Origin: Eledone cirrhosa
Lineage: Eukaryota
Assembly: GCA_964016885.1 (NCBI GenBank)
Contig: CAXHJY010000275.1
Location: 263,429 to 327,428, forward strand
Direction of reading: 5' to 3'
Length of the DNA: 64,000 bases
Shown here: positions 26,501-38,995 of the stretch, piece after piece
Layout of the letters: each line of letters begins with the position of its first letter
Numbering within the stretch: position 1 is the stretch's first letter
Notes under the pieces: generated by a model
Told to the model about the DNA's origin: nothing
What the model saw: the letters and a program-made list of their open reading frames with translations, nothing else
The model's database searches: none
Made by a program: the position numbers and the translations under genes

Positions 26501-27529
26501 ACACAAGAGATGTAGCGGGATCTCGGGAAGCTTAATTAAGAATGTAGGCTTCACATGTAACAGCTGTGCTGGGACAGCAAGCAGCAAACAGCCACAGGAA
26601 ACAAGTACCACCAATCTCTGGGTGGGCTCTGTAGAAACAGTTGACAGCCTCTGCTACCTAGGTGACCGAATTAGCAGCGGAGGTGGGTATTCAAAAAGTA
26701 CAATAACTAGGGTAAGAACGGGAGGAAGAGGTTCGGGGAGCTACTGCCACTGCTAGCTGCAAAAGGCTTTTCCCTCAAAATGAAAGGCAGACTGTATGAT
26801 GCGTGTATCCGAACAGCAGTGTTACATGGAAGTGAGACCTGGGCACTGTCTGTGGAAGACTTAAGTAGATTAGAAAGAAACGAAGCCTGCATGCTCCGAT
26901 GGTTGTGTAATAGTAATATACGCGAACGGCAAAGTATAAACGAATTGAGAGAGAGACTGAGCATAAGAGGAATCAAATGCTGTGTGCAGGAGAGGCGGTT
27001 GTGTTGGTATGAACATGTGATGCGTATGAAGGATGACAGCTGCATAAAAAGGTGCAGAGCACTAGAAGTCAATGGAAACCGCGGAGTGGGGAGACCCAAG
27101 AAGTCCTGGGATGAGGTGATAAAAGTCGACCTTACCAAATTGCACCTCTCAAAGGTGATGAAACACGACCGTGACCTCTGGCGTCACGCAGTAATACAGA
27201 GTACCCGACCTCCCATGGGTACAAGCTGAAGCATATAGACAATATGCCCCCACACTCTCCCACTGCAAAGTGGTCGTGGAGGTGCCACGGCAAAAAAGCA
27301 CCCAGCCCACACTGTAAAGTGGACGTGTAGGCGCCACGGAAAAAAGCACCCAGCACTCACTGTAAATGAGGGTGGTGTTAGGAAGAGCATCCAGTTGTAG
27401 AAATCAAGCCAAAATCAGTTCCTGTATGAACAAGGCATGGTCAGCCGACCAGACACTGCCCACAACAGGACAACCCGTCTAACCCGTGCTAGCATGGAAG
27501 AACGGACATAAAATGGTGATGATGATGAT
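23524..27529 (+). mobile_element. Near full-length RTE-clade LINE (family A): APE endonuclease + RT, several stops/frameshifts
   Basis: ORF pieces 24082-27229: GTINV, GDFNGH, SQIDFIL, AFVDLEKAFD, GVHQGS, LYADD, embedded C/H finger, GRPKKSW; (GAT)n tail. Confidence 0.95.
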
Positions 27530-27581
27530 TAATGTAAATGTTATGTGAGGTAAAACCTTTACTGTGAAAATACAATAGTAT

Positions 27582-30565
27582 ATCATCATCATCATCATCA
27601 TCATCAGGTTTAGCGTCCGTGTTCCACGCTTGCATGGGTTTGGACGGGGGTTTTCCCACTTGAGGCAAGAGTGGTTGTCTTGCTCGCATAGGACTGTCTG
27701 GCGGGTTTTCTACAGTTGGATGCCCTTCCTAACACCAACCACATTTACAGTGTGGGGCTGGGAGGTTTTTACCGTGTTGCCTACATGGCCACATTACAGC
27801 GTGGACTGTCTGGCGGGTTTTCTACAGCTGGATGCCCTTCCTAACACCAACCACATTTACAGTGTGGGGCTGGGAGGTTTTTACCGTGTTGCCTACACGG
27901 CCACATTTACAGCGTGGACTGTGTGTTTTTTGTCGTGACACCTACACGATCTCATTTGTTTCGGCCTGGATGTTGTGGGACCAACATAACTTTACATTGA
28001 AAGGGGCGGTGTGGGTGGGGTGGAGGTGGTGGGACGGGGGTGTGTTTTGATAGAGATGCCTACTGACTGTAGTAGGTTTTTACTTTGTATTTAGGTAAGG
28101 CGGGTCTTCTCTATTACTGAGTACCGCCAAAGGTCTCGGTCCAGTGACATTGTCTTGGAGAGGTGTAAGCGTGTGAGGTCGGAATTTATCAGCTCGTCCC
28201 ATGTTTTTCTGGGTCTGCCTACTCCGTGGCTACCGTCTATCTTTATTGCCCTGCACTTTGTTATACAGCTGTCGTCTTTCATGCGCATCACGTGACCGTA
28301 CCAACGTAGCCTTCTCTCGAGTAAACAACATCTGATCCCTCTTATTTCTAATTTTTTCCTTAGTTCGTTTATGCTTTGCCGTTCACGTATATTACTATTG
28401 CACATCCAGCGGAGCATGCAAGCTTTGTTCCTCTCTAGTCTGCGTATATCCTCTGCACACAATGCCCAGGTCTCACTGCCATGCAGCATTGCTGTTCGTA
28501 TGCAGGCATCGTATAACCTGCCTTTCATTTTTAGGGAGAACCCTCTAGCGGCTAATAGTGGTATAAGCTCTCTGAACTTTTTCCATCCAGTTCTGACTCT
28601 AGCTACTGTACTTTCAGAGCACCCTCCCCCACTGCTGATTTTGTCACCCAGATAACGGAAGCTGTCCACTATTTCTATAGAACCCTCTGCGCAGTTGAAG
28701 GAGCTAGTATTTTGTGGGCACTTGCTGCTACTTATTGCACCAGAGCACCGGCCACATGTAAAATCTATGTTCTTAGTTAGCTTACCTGTGATCCCACTAC
28801 ATCTTTTATGCACCCATACTTTGCATTTGGGACATAAAATGGAGTTTCTACCTACGCCTTTCCTACACACTGAGCATGGCCATTTCCCCGATGGGACCGC
28901 CGCCTTATTTTCTTTCCTACAAACTAGAACTTTAGTCTTAGCCAGGTTAATTTTAAGGCCTTTTGATTCTAGGCCGTGCTTCCACGTTTGGAATTTCTTC
29001 TCTAGTTCGGTCATTGATTCAGCTATGAGCGTTAGATCATCTGCGTATAGGAGTTCCCATGGGCAGCCGGTCTTGAACTCCTCTGTTATAGCCTGAAGGG
29101 CAATAATAAATAGTAGGGGGCTAAGAACAGAGCCCTGATGGACACCAACTTTTACGCTAAACTCTTCACTATATTCGTTGTTAATTCTAACCTTACTGAC
29201 TGTTTCTTTATACATGGCTTGTATAGCTCTCACAAGCCATTCGTCAACACCTAGTTTTCTAAGAGACCACCAGATAATGGAACGGGGGACTCTGTCGAAG
29301 GCTTTCTCCAAGTCGACGAAAGCTAAGTATAGGGGTTTACTTTTAGCTAGGTACTTCTCCTGTAGTTGTCGTACAATGAAAAGAGCGTCTGTGGTACTTT
29401 TGCCTGACACAAACCCGAACTGCATTTCATCTAGATCAATTCTCTCTCTGATTAGTTGCGCTATTACTTTTTCCGTGACCTTCATGACCTGGTCGATTAA
29501 TTTAATGCCTCTATAGTTACTCCTATCTAGGGCATCTCCTTTTCCCTTATAGCAGTTAACGATGATGCTGCTACGCCATTCCTTCGGAACAACCCCATTC
29601 TGTACGACTTGGTTAACTATCCGGGTGACCATGGTGTGTCCCACCGAACCAGATGCCTTCAGCATCTCAGCAACTATTTCCGAAGGCCCAGCCGCCTTAC
29701 CCGTCTTCATATCTTTGATTGCCTTACTTATTATACTACCTTCAACTAACACTGCTGGTCCCTCTATTGGATCGATCTGGGGGAGACTGTCTTTCTCCCA
29801 TTTGTTCTCCTCATTTAGAAGCCTTTCGTAGTGACACTTCCAAGCTACCTTCTTATCAGCGTCGGTGATGGCAAGTATGCCATCATCGTTAAGTACACAC
29901 TTCTCCCCGACAATATCACGGTTTTCCTTGACACATTGCCTGGCAATCCTGAACACCTCACGTTTTTGGTCCTCACGTTGTAGAACATGCTTGAACTTTC
30001 TTTCCTCTGCTTCCCTTCTTGCGAAGTACACTTGTCTCCTAGCTTCCCTCCTGGCCACTTGATAGTCTTCTCTACTTCCCCCATCCCGCCATACTTTCCA
30101 AGCCTGCTTTTTGGCCTTAATTGACTCCTCCACCTTACTGTTCCACCACCATGTTACTCTCCTCCTACCTACAGGCCTGCTCCAGCCACAGACTTCGTCT
30201 GCCGCCGTCAGCAGGTTTGCTTTCAGAAATTCCCACTGTTCCTCTATATTATACGACTCTAATTGCTCTTCCTTACTGTCGAAAGCGTCAAGTAATATGC
30301 TTTGAAATTTATTTCTGGCTATGGGGTCCTTTAGCTTCCATATTTTTCTCCTGAGGATAGTCCTCTTCCGCTGTCTAGTACGTCTCGTCCTGACTATGAG
30401 GTCGCTAATTATCAGTCTATGTTGGGAGGTGAATTCTTCATGGGGGTGGGATTTAGTGTTAACAACAGACACTCTGTCACGTCTTCTGGTAAGGATATAA
30501 TCTACCTGGCTTGTGTGTTCCCCCGATCTATAGGTGATCAAGTGATTGTCTCGTTTTTTGAAGTT
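27582..30565 (-). mobile_element. 5'-truncated RTE LINE (family B) with an uninterrupted RT ORF
   Basis: ORF 28091..30565 open from the endonuclease C-terminus (NFKKRDNHLITY) to the stop; (GAT)n tail; ~110-bp duplication in 3' UTR. Confidence 0.95.
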
Positions 30566-33500
30566 AAGTGATTTCTTTATTTGCCACCAGGGCACAAAAG
30601 GTAGGGACAGATACAAGGGGGGAAGTTTACATATAATTAACGAGTACAAAAATATAACAATGAAATAACAACAACAAACGAAGTCCTCAATAGGGAGGGG
30701 GCATTAACATGGGTCGCACACACCCCGGAAAAAATGTGCAACCCTTTTCCTCAGGAGCACAAAGAGCGGGTGCTTCCCTTGTCTCCTCTTTTTCCTCTTC
30801 TTTCACCTACAGGCTGATATAGAGAGAAGACCCATTCACTCTGGCCATTCTCCCTACTTTCACCCACCTTTCATAAAACTTGCTGGGGTAGAGCACCTCT
30901 CTCTCCATTCTGATCCTTCTTTTAAAATGGTATTTGAAAAAGGGGACCAGTTGTTGGCCGGAGAGAAAGGTGTCTGACCTCAGCCCTTTCAGCCTCGTCC
31001 ACCATACAACTTCTTTAACCATGGCTATCACACAGAAAAACCGCCTCTCCTTCGTTTTTGAAAGGGGGAGGCGGTTTGATCGTGACAATGGACTCGGTGG
31101 TCAACCGGATTGGTCCCACCCTCGACAGTAGTCGTTCCACATAGCCCCACAGGTCAGTAATGCCTGGGCAGTGTACGAATGCGTGTGCAACGGTTTCGTC
31201 GTCATGCACGCATCTCGGACAGATCTTATTCAAAGGATCCCTACCCAGGCTCCCATGCCTGTGGAGCTTGTCTCGAACGGGTAGAGCCCCTCGGTAGCAC
31301 TGCCAAGCCAGGGACTTTTGGAAGTTGTCCATCGGTCCAGAGCCAAACGTCCTACCGAACAGACTGGCCAGTTCATCTTCCTCCATCCTAGAGCTTCTCC
31401 GAGAGCATCGTCGCACCTGCTGCGTATCAACCCTCTATAGAATGTCGAGGTGGAGTCTCCACTGATTGCCGGGTCCGCTTTCCAGAGGGCCGTGAGCGCC
31501 CGGGCACATTCAATGTGCCAGTCGCCCACTTTTTTCGGTCTTTGCTTGACCCAGGATTGCAGCTCGGTGAGCGAGACGAGTCTGGGAAAGGCTCGCCTCA
31601 CAAACGGGGCCCACACCGGTTGACCGGTGAGGAATACCTGGAGGTGCCGTAGCCTTAATGCGTGTTTACGCATCTGTAGCCACGGCATCCCCAGCCCTCC
31701 TTTCGAAGGGTGTTGACAGCAGATGGATCTCCTCACCAAAGAGATCCGCTTGTTCCAAAGAAATTGGAACAGCGCGCACTCCATTTTGGCAAGTCTTTTC
31801 ACTGGGCAAGGCACGACGGTCAAGCGGTAGTAGATGACGGATGCTATATAAGTATTCGCCACCTCCGCTCGACCTTTCAGGGATAGTTTGCACTGGGCCC
31901 ACCTCTGGGTAAGTGCAAACACCCTGGCCGTTACCTCGTTCCAGTTTTTCTCCACCTGGAGGTCTGGTCCGAACCAGACCCCAAGCAGCTTCACCGGGCC
32001 CTCCGTCCAGCGTCCGACGACGTCATTGGAGGGCATCGGTTTGCCTCTCCATGTTCCGAGTTGCAAACCGACGGACTTGTCCCGGTTCAGCTTGGCTCCT
32101 GTAAACCTTTCATATTCCTCCAGTAAGGTGCCGATCTCACCGATTTGCGAGGTTTTTCGACACCATTACTGTCACGTCATCGGCGTAGGCCGACGCCGCT
32201 TTCTGCAATCCCGGTTCCAAGGGGATGCCCTGCAACCGCTCCAACTTCCGCAGTAGTGGCTCAAGAGCCAGCACATACAGAAGGGAGGAGAGAGGGCATC
32301 CCTGTCGGATGGATCGCATGATTTGGAACGGCTCCGAGAGGTGGCCGTTCACCTTGACCCTTGAGCAGACGTTGCTGCTGTGCATCGCAGCAATCCAACC
32401 CCTGAAAACGGGTCCGAAGCCTGCCGCCGCGAGCACCGCATCCAGGTAACGATGGTCAACCCTATCGAAAGCTTTAGATTGATCCAAGTTGATCAGGGCC
32501 CCACCAAAGCCGGGTTCATTCCCTACCCTCTCTATGATGTATCGCATAAGGTGGAGATTGTCGTGAATGGACCTGGACGGGATTGCGCATGTCTGCGCTT
32601 CTCCCACCAGGTTTCCGACGACAACCTCTTCGCTAACACCTTGGCCAAAATCTTTAACTCTGTATTTAGCAGAGTTATGGGCCTGAAGTTACGTATGTCA
32701 TCCCCCTTGTTCTCATCCTTCCTCACCAGCGTAACTACGCCCTTGGTCACAGAACTGGGAATTCTCCCGTTCTGCTGCCAGTTGCAGTAGACCGCTTCGA
32801 GGATATCGGAGAACAAGTCTGGCATCGCTACATATTGCTCGTATGGTAGACCATCGAGACCCGGGGATTTGCGTTTGCGCATTGGCTCAGCGCCGCCCCT
32901 ATCTCAGCAGCTGAAATCGGCCTTTCGCAGGACTTCGCCTCCGCGTCCGAGAGGCGCGGCAGACCGTCGAGGTATGGATTGAAATCCATAGTCTCACCCG
33001 GCGCGCCGCCCCTCTCGAACAGTCGTGCAAAGTGCCGCTGAAAGGCCGCACACATCTGCCCAGGTTCAAGGATCACACGCCCATCCTGGTCCTTCAAAGA
33101 CCGAATCGTGGACTTGTTCCCACTTTTTGCCTCTGTCACTCGGGCCCAGCTAACAGCTTTGGCTCCCTCATTACCCAGAGCACGTATTTTACTCCTGACA
33201 ACGCAGCCTTCATGCTTCACCTCAAAGAACTGGTCTAAGGCCATTCTTGATGCCAGCACGCTGGCTACATTGCCACTCCTAATCGCCTCTTCTACTCTAT
33301 CTACTAATTCCCTTTCCGTCTTGTTCCTATCCCTTGCTAATTCCTGACGAAAACCTATCGATTCTATTCAAATTGCTCTCTTAAGAGAGCTCCACCACCT
33401 GTTGTTGACAATTGCCCCTGTCAAACTCTGCTTAACTAACGTGCTAATCCGTTTACTGTAAGCTTTGCTTGTCGGTAAGGACAAGTTCAGCTTCCAGTAA

Positions 33501-36157
33501 CCGGGTCCCTGTCTATGGGTTCTATCAAGGTTGGCTATGCAGGTCAGTAACTTGTGATCCGAATAGTCAACCATGAACCTTTTTGGACAGCTAAATGTGT
33601 CCCTATCCTTCTGCCTAACTAGGTACGACCTAGATGTTCCGCTGCGATTGGTCCACGTCCATAGTGGTACAGTCGGAAAATCTAGTCGATACCTATCGGC
33701 CAGGTCAAATCGGCCGATTAACCTTTTGAGGCTTTTACACCCCCCCCCCTCTATTGGCACATGGCCTTACATAGTCCCAACGTGCATCCAGGATACCATT
33801 CCAGTCCCCCACTAAAAGCAAGGAGCGGGAAGTTTCCAGACGTTGGAAGTATTCCGGCCGCGCTGCCCAAAAAGGGGCGTACACAGCAATTAGTCTAAGG
33901 GCTCCATTTTCACTACTGCCGACGTCTAAAACCACCAGTCGACCCTCCGGGTCCAGGTGCACCTTCTGTATGGCGAGGCCCAGGTGTTTTCGCAGCAGAA
34001 CGACAACTCCACCTCCACCACCCGGTTGACAGAGAGATGCGAAGATCTCAAAGTCATCGAAGAGGGGCGCCAGTTGGCGCTCGATGCTGATCCTGGACTC
34101 GCAAATAGCCATTACATCCATTCTATGCGACCTGAGATCGTTTAAAAGTTTGCCTTGTTTCCAAGACAGTCCCAGGCCGCGTACATTCAGACACCCAACT
34201 CTTATATCAGCCATGTTGGTTAAAAGAGGAAGGACCTACCTGTTCGGCTACTGAGGAGCAGGTTGCACAATATCCATGGGCGTATTGGAGGGGTTGTTTG
34301 GTGGGGTGTTGTTCTGTGGTGGGGTGGGGGTATTTGGTGAGGTGTGGGTGGGGAAACGTTTCAAGAGGACGCGGTTATAGGGTCGAGTACATGTTTTCCC
34401 CACGCCCTCAGGAAAGTTCTCTCTTAGTTTTGCATAGGTATCCATTGGGAGTCTTATCATTTTTAAATGCGGTTTGTTGGCCGTGCTTGCAAAGAATTGC
34501 CCTTCAGTTTCCACCGAAGGGTCTTTGTGTATTGTTTTTACTAGTTCTTTGTTATTTGTGTTAATGTATGTATACTGTTTTATTTGTGTTGTGTTTGTTT
34601 GTTGTTCTTGTGTGTGCTTGCGTTTTGTTGTATGTGTTATGTTTTGGGGTGGGGCGGATTTTGTTTGTTCTGTTTGTTTTGTTTTTGTTGGTGGTTGTGT
34701 GTTTGTTTCGTTTATGTTCGAGTGGTGCTTTCTTTTTTTCCTTTTTACAGGTAGGAAGGGTCCCCCCTCTTCATCACTAGGTGCCATTTCAGCTGGGTCC
34801 TCGTCCGTGCTGTCGGGTAGTGGTGTATTTTGGGGTTTTGTTGTGTGTGTGTGTGTTTTTGGAGTTGTTTTGGGTGGGGCCGTGTCTTGTGTTATTTTTC
34901 CGTGTTGTTTTTGTGGTGGTGGTGGTGGTGGTGGTGGCGGCGGTGGTGGTGGGGTGTAGGCAAAAGAGCCTTTTTTTTTTGTCAATTGAGGATAGGCATC
35001 CCTTAGATGACCCCTGCTTGAACAGTAGTAACATATGGGCCTCCTACTCTCGGCTGAAATGTATATAAATGTTTCTCCATCGAGGGACACCCTCTGTGGT
35101 ATTCTAGCTATTCGTTCTGGTCTCATTTGGACCAGAACCTCCACGCTCAAACCGCCGAAAACGTCTGTGGTGACTTCTCCTACTGAGAGGATTCCATCCT
35201 CGTCTTCTAAAAATCCTGTCAGTACCCAGGAAATGCATGCATTTGGCCGGATTCCGGAGACTCTTATTTTCTGCGTTCTTTTCCCCAAATATGTGGGGAA
35301 AAAATGTGTGTAGCTTGGAAACAATTGGCGACACAGAGTATTTCCTGGCCGTCAATTGATCCTTCATTAGCACCGTTATATTCCCATAGAGTGGCCCTTT
35401 TTGTATGAACGATATATCACTCCACACATTTTTTAGGACCAGCTCCATTTCTTTTTGGGATAATTGAGCTGGTTTCCTTGTTATGTTGGAAATTGTTCTG
35501 AAAGATATCGTTCTTAGTGTCGTGTCTCTTTTGATTTCTTGTGGGGAGGTGATTATGAAGTCTCCTCCTTCTTTGAAAGTTACATACTGTTTTGCTTCCT
35601 TCATCTTTTCTCTCAGAGTTGTAATGTCCAGTTGCTTGCAGGTCTGTGTTTTCTGGACTGCCTGTGCAAAGGAGGCACCAGTAGTGGGTTCGCTTTGTTT
35701 GTTGTTATCGTTATTTTTTTCTTGGTTGGTGTTGTGACTATTGCTGTTATTGTCATTGTTGTTTTTGTCTGCGTTTATGTGACTTTCTGGGTTTTCACCC
35801 ATTTTTACAAATTTTTCTTTTAATTCCGTGTTCCATGTTTCTTTTGCAGAAGTGAGGAGGGAAGACTTAGAGCCTTGTGCTTCTAGCTTCTCTGTATCAC
35901 CTTTCTTAGGGGGCGTGGCTTTCTCGTTAGGATGAGATGTGAAAATTCCGTCCATTTCTATCAGTTTGCCGTAATCAATTTTTAACTGGAAAATTCGCCC
36001 CAAAAAGGGGCAAAAATAAATAAACTCAAAGTTTGACGACCAAGGCAAGGGGTTAACGTATATTACAGTATAAAAAAATTAATCAAAACTCACTTTTGAG
36101 TAAGTAAATCCAACTCGGTAGCCAAGCTTGTTCACACACGTCAACACACGTCTCTCG
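30566..36157 (-). mobile_element. Near full-length Tx1/L1-clade non-LTR retrotransposon (ORF1 ~35955-34248 with zinc knuckle; ORF2 34214-30807 APE-RT-Zn finger, frameshifted)
   Basis: LNVRGL, GDWN, SDH, GYWKLN, KSPGLDGLP, NFRPITLLNTELKILAK, DQSKAFDRVDH, RQGCPLS, AYADDV, GGLGMP, CPRC..ETVAHAFVHC; ORF1 CYYC..GH; AATAAA at the 3' end. Confidence 0.93.
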
Positions 36158-36159
36158 TA

Positions 36160-37160
36160 TATGAGATGTTATGTGAGATATTATATGAGGTAAAGTCTTT
36201 ACTGTGAAGATACAATAGTATATATAGAGTAATGTAATGTTGTGAGATATTATGTTAGGTAAAGCCTTTCCTGTGAAAATACAACAGTATATATAGAGTA
36301 ATGTAAATGTTATGTGAGGTAAAATCTTTACTGTGAAAATACAATAGTATATATAGAGTAATGTTATGTGAGCTAAAGCCTTTACTGTGAAAATACAATA
36401 GTATATATAGAGTAATGTAAAGGTTATGTGAGGTAAAATCTTTACTGTGAAAATACAATAGTATATATAGAGTAATGTTATGTGAGGTAAAGCCTTTACT
36501 GTGAAAATACAATAGTATATATATAGTAATGTAAATGTTATGTGAGGTAAAGCCTTTACTGTGAAAATACAATAGTATATATAGAATAATGTAAATGTTA
36601 TGTGAGGTAAAATCTTTACTGTGAAAATACAATTGTATATATACAGTAATGTAAATGTTATGTTAGGTAAAGCCTTTACTGTGAAAATACAATAGTATAT
36701 ATAGAGTAATGTTAATGTTATGTGAGGTAAAGCTATTACTGTGAAAATACAATAGTATATATGTAGAGTAATGTAAATGTTATGGGAGATATTATGTGAG
36801 ATAAAGCCTTTACTGTGAAAATACAATGCTATATATATAGAGTAATGTAAATGTTGTGTGAGGTAAAGCCTTTACTGTGAAAATACACTAGTATATATAG
36901 AGTAATGTAAATGTTATGTGAGGTAAAGCCTTTACTGTGAAAATACAACAGTATATATATAGAGTAATGTAAATGTTATGTGAGGTAAAGCCGTTACTGT
37001 GAAAATACAATAGTATATATAGAGTAATGTAAATGTTATGTCAGATATTATGTGAGGTAAAGCCTTTACTGTGAAAATACAATAGTATATATAGAGTAAT
37101 GTTATTTGAGGTAAAGCCTTTACTGTGAAAATACAATAGTGTATATAGAGTAATGTGAAT
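36160..37160. repeat. ~52-70-bp minisatellite (TTATGTGAGGTAAAGCCTTTACTGTGAAAATACAATAGTATATATAGAGTAATGTAAATG), ~16 copies
   Basis: Direct periodicity; single further units at 23480-23523 and 27530-27582. Confidence 0.95.
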
Positions 37161-37748
37161 GCTAAAAAGTTAAGGCGTCTTCCCTGCTAGAGCAGGAGTT
37201 AACCTTGTGGACCCATGACAAACTTCTCTATTTTTCCCAATCATCTATACCCCTCTTTTACCTAATCCTTCTTTTCATTTCCTTCTCAGTCATCTTAAGT
37301 CATGTCTTTGTTGGTCTTCCCTTTCTTCTACATCTTTCCACCTTCATTTCCATCACACTTCTTACCTATTCACTTTCATCCTTCTTCAACACATCACCTA
37401 GCACATACTCTCGAATATAAGTTCACCTTCCCTGTTTTATGTCTAAGAAATTAGCCAAACCTCCATTTATAAGCTAAATCAGCTAATCAGCACATTGTTT
37501 AGATGGCATATATACGTCCGTCCATTTTACCATCAATTTTTGGTCACATTTTCCTTGGCATATATTTGACTACTTTATTCTATCAAGTGATATCTACTAT
37601 TGGAAGCATATAGGGATTTTTTCTTCAAATTATAATGGTAACATTATTCCATGGATTTTGGCATGTCTAAAAATTGAAATTTGTTGCTATTTAAACATGT
37701 ACTGTTTCTAATTTGTAATGTAGAGGTCCCAACGTAAATAACTATAAC

Positions 37749-37936
37749 TGTTTCTACTTTAGGCACAAGGCCAGCAAATACCCAGTGCATTACTGGTACT
37801 TTATTTTATCGACCCCGTAAGGATGAAAGGCAAAGTCAACCTCGGCGGGATTTGAACTCAGATCGTAAAGCGCCGTAACTATGCTGGAAAGCATGGCGTC
37901 CGACCCTCTACTGATACTGCCAATCCACCGCCCTAT
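37749..37936 (-). mobile_element. tRNA-derived SINE, same family as 18512-18705
   Basis: Near-identical body; 11-bp TSD ATAACTATAAC at 37738 and 37937. Confidence 0.88.
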
Positions 37937-37977
37937 ATAACTATAACAATAGTTGATCACTACATAAAATAGTTACA

Positions 37978-38310
37978 AAGGTGCATGGCTTAGTGGTTAG
38001 AGCATTGGGCTTGCAATTGAGAGGTTGTGAGTTTGATTCCCGAACTGGGTAATGCGTTGTCTCCTTGAACAAGACACTTTATTTCACGTTATTCCAGTTC
38101 ACTCAGCTGTAGAAATGAGTTGCGACATCACTGGTGCCAAGCTGTATCAGCATTGCCTTTCCCTTGGACAACATTGGTGGCACGGAGATGGGACACTGGC
38201 ATGCATGGGTAACTGCTGGTCTTCCACAAACACATCTTACCCAGATTTGTGCCTTGGAGGGAAAATTTCTAGGTGCAATACCATGGTCATTAGTGACCGA
38301 TGGCGATTAA
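37978..38310 (+). mobile_element. tRNA-derived SINE with V-domain-like body
   Basis: TGGCTTAGTGG A box, GTTTGATTCC B box, CCTTGAACAAGACACTT; same head as 16715-17044 but a different tail. Confidence 0.8.
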
Positions 38311-38658
38311 GAATAGAAAATAGTCCAGAGAAAGTGAACAGGGTATTCTGTCCACATTTTTCATCTCCAGGGATACTTTACCCAATTTTCTCAACTATTA
38401 CTTATACTGATCTGCCTCTGCTGAGATTAGCTTTGCCTTTCATCCCTAAGGGATCGATAAAATAAAGTACCAGTAACGCACTGAGGTCAATTTAATTGAC
38501 TTTCTTCTCCCCAAAACTTATTGGCCTTGTACTATATCAGAAACCATTATGGCGATCAACTATTGTTATAGTTATTTACATTTCAAATTCCAAATTTTCC
38601 CCATGTTTCTTCAGTCAAATAGATGTTCACAGTTTCTAATGTTTTTCTATTTATCTAG

Positions 38659-38763
38659 GTTCAGAAACATGAAATACATCTCACTATTTTGGAATCTAGA
38701 TTAGATAACTTAACACTGGCAATTTCTCAGCTGACAGAAAACATGGATAATTTAACTAGACAG
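38659..38763 (+). CDS. SUCO: SUCO exon (VQKHEIHLTILESRLDNLTLAISQLTENMDNLTRQ), coiled coil
   Basis: tatctAG acceptor, CAG|GTAAAA donor, 105 nt phase 0/0, heptad Leu pattern. Confidence 0.85.
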
Positions 38764-38995
38764 GTAAAATATATATATTTATTTACTGGACATTGTTTTC
38801 TTACTCACCATTTTCTCTTCTGATCCTCCCCAATAGAGTATCACAGGCTGATACCATCTTTGTAGTTCACCAGTTATCTTTATCACTGATGAATTGATAC
38901 AACATTTCTTTATTTATGTTCACTGGTTTAGAAGGCAGTTTATTTCATAAGAAATATGATAATGAAAGAGTTGTATAATAGCTTTGTCTGTGTGT

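Larger units (their letters stand above)
23324..37173 (+). mobile_element. TTAA-flanked piggyBac-type MITE split by an internal minisatellite and nested LINE insertions
   Basis: Left end TTAA-CCCTTTAGCATT, right end AATGCTAAAAAG-TTAA; both halves align to the reverse complement of the 201-bp copy at 47726-47926. Confidence 0.85.

Noticed and set aside
30566-30649. N-terminal 28 codons of the 852-aa ORF as a real RTE start
   Set aside because: They derive from the Tx1 3' UTR read in frame across the junction
36083-36826. ORFs of 247 and 125 aa on the minus strand
   Set aside because: Translations of the minisatellite
37978-38050. tRNA genes at A/B-box sites (also ~16970-17044 and ~21765-21835)
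   Set aside because: No proper cloverleaf; they continue into SINE bodies
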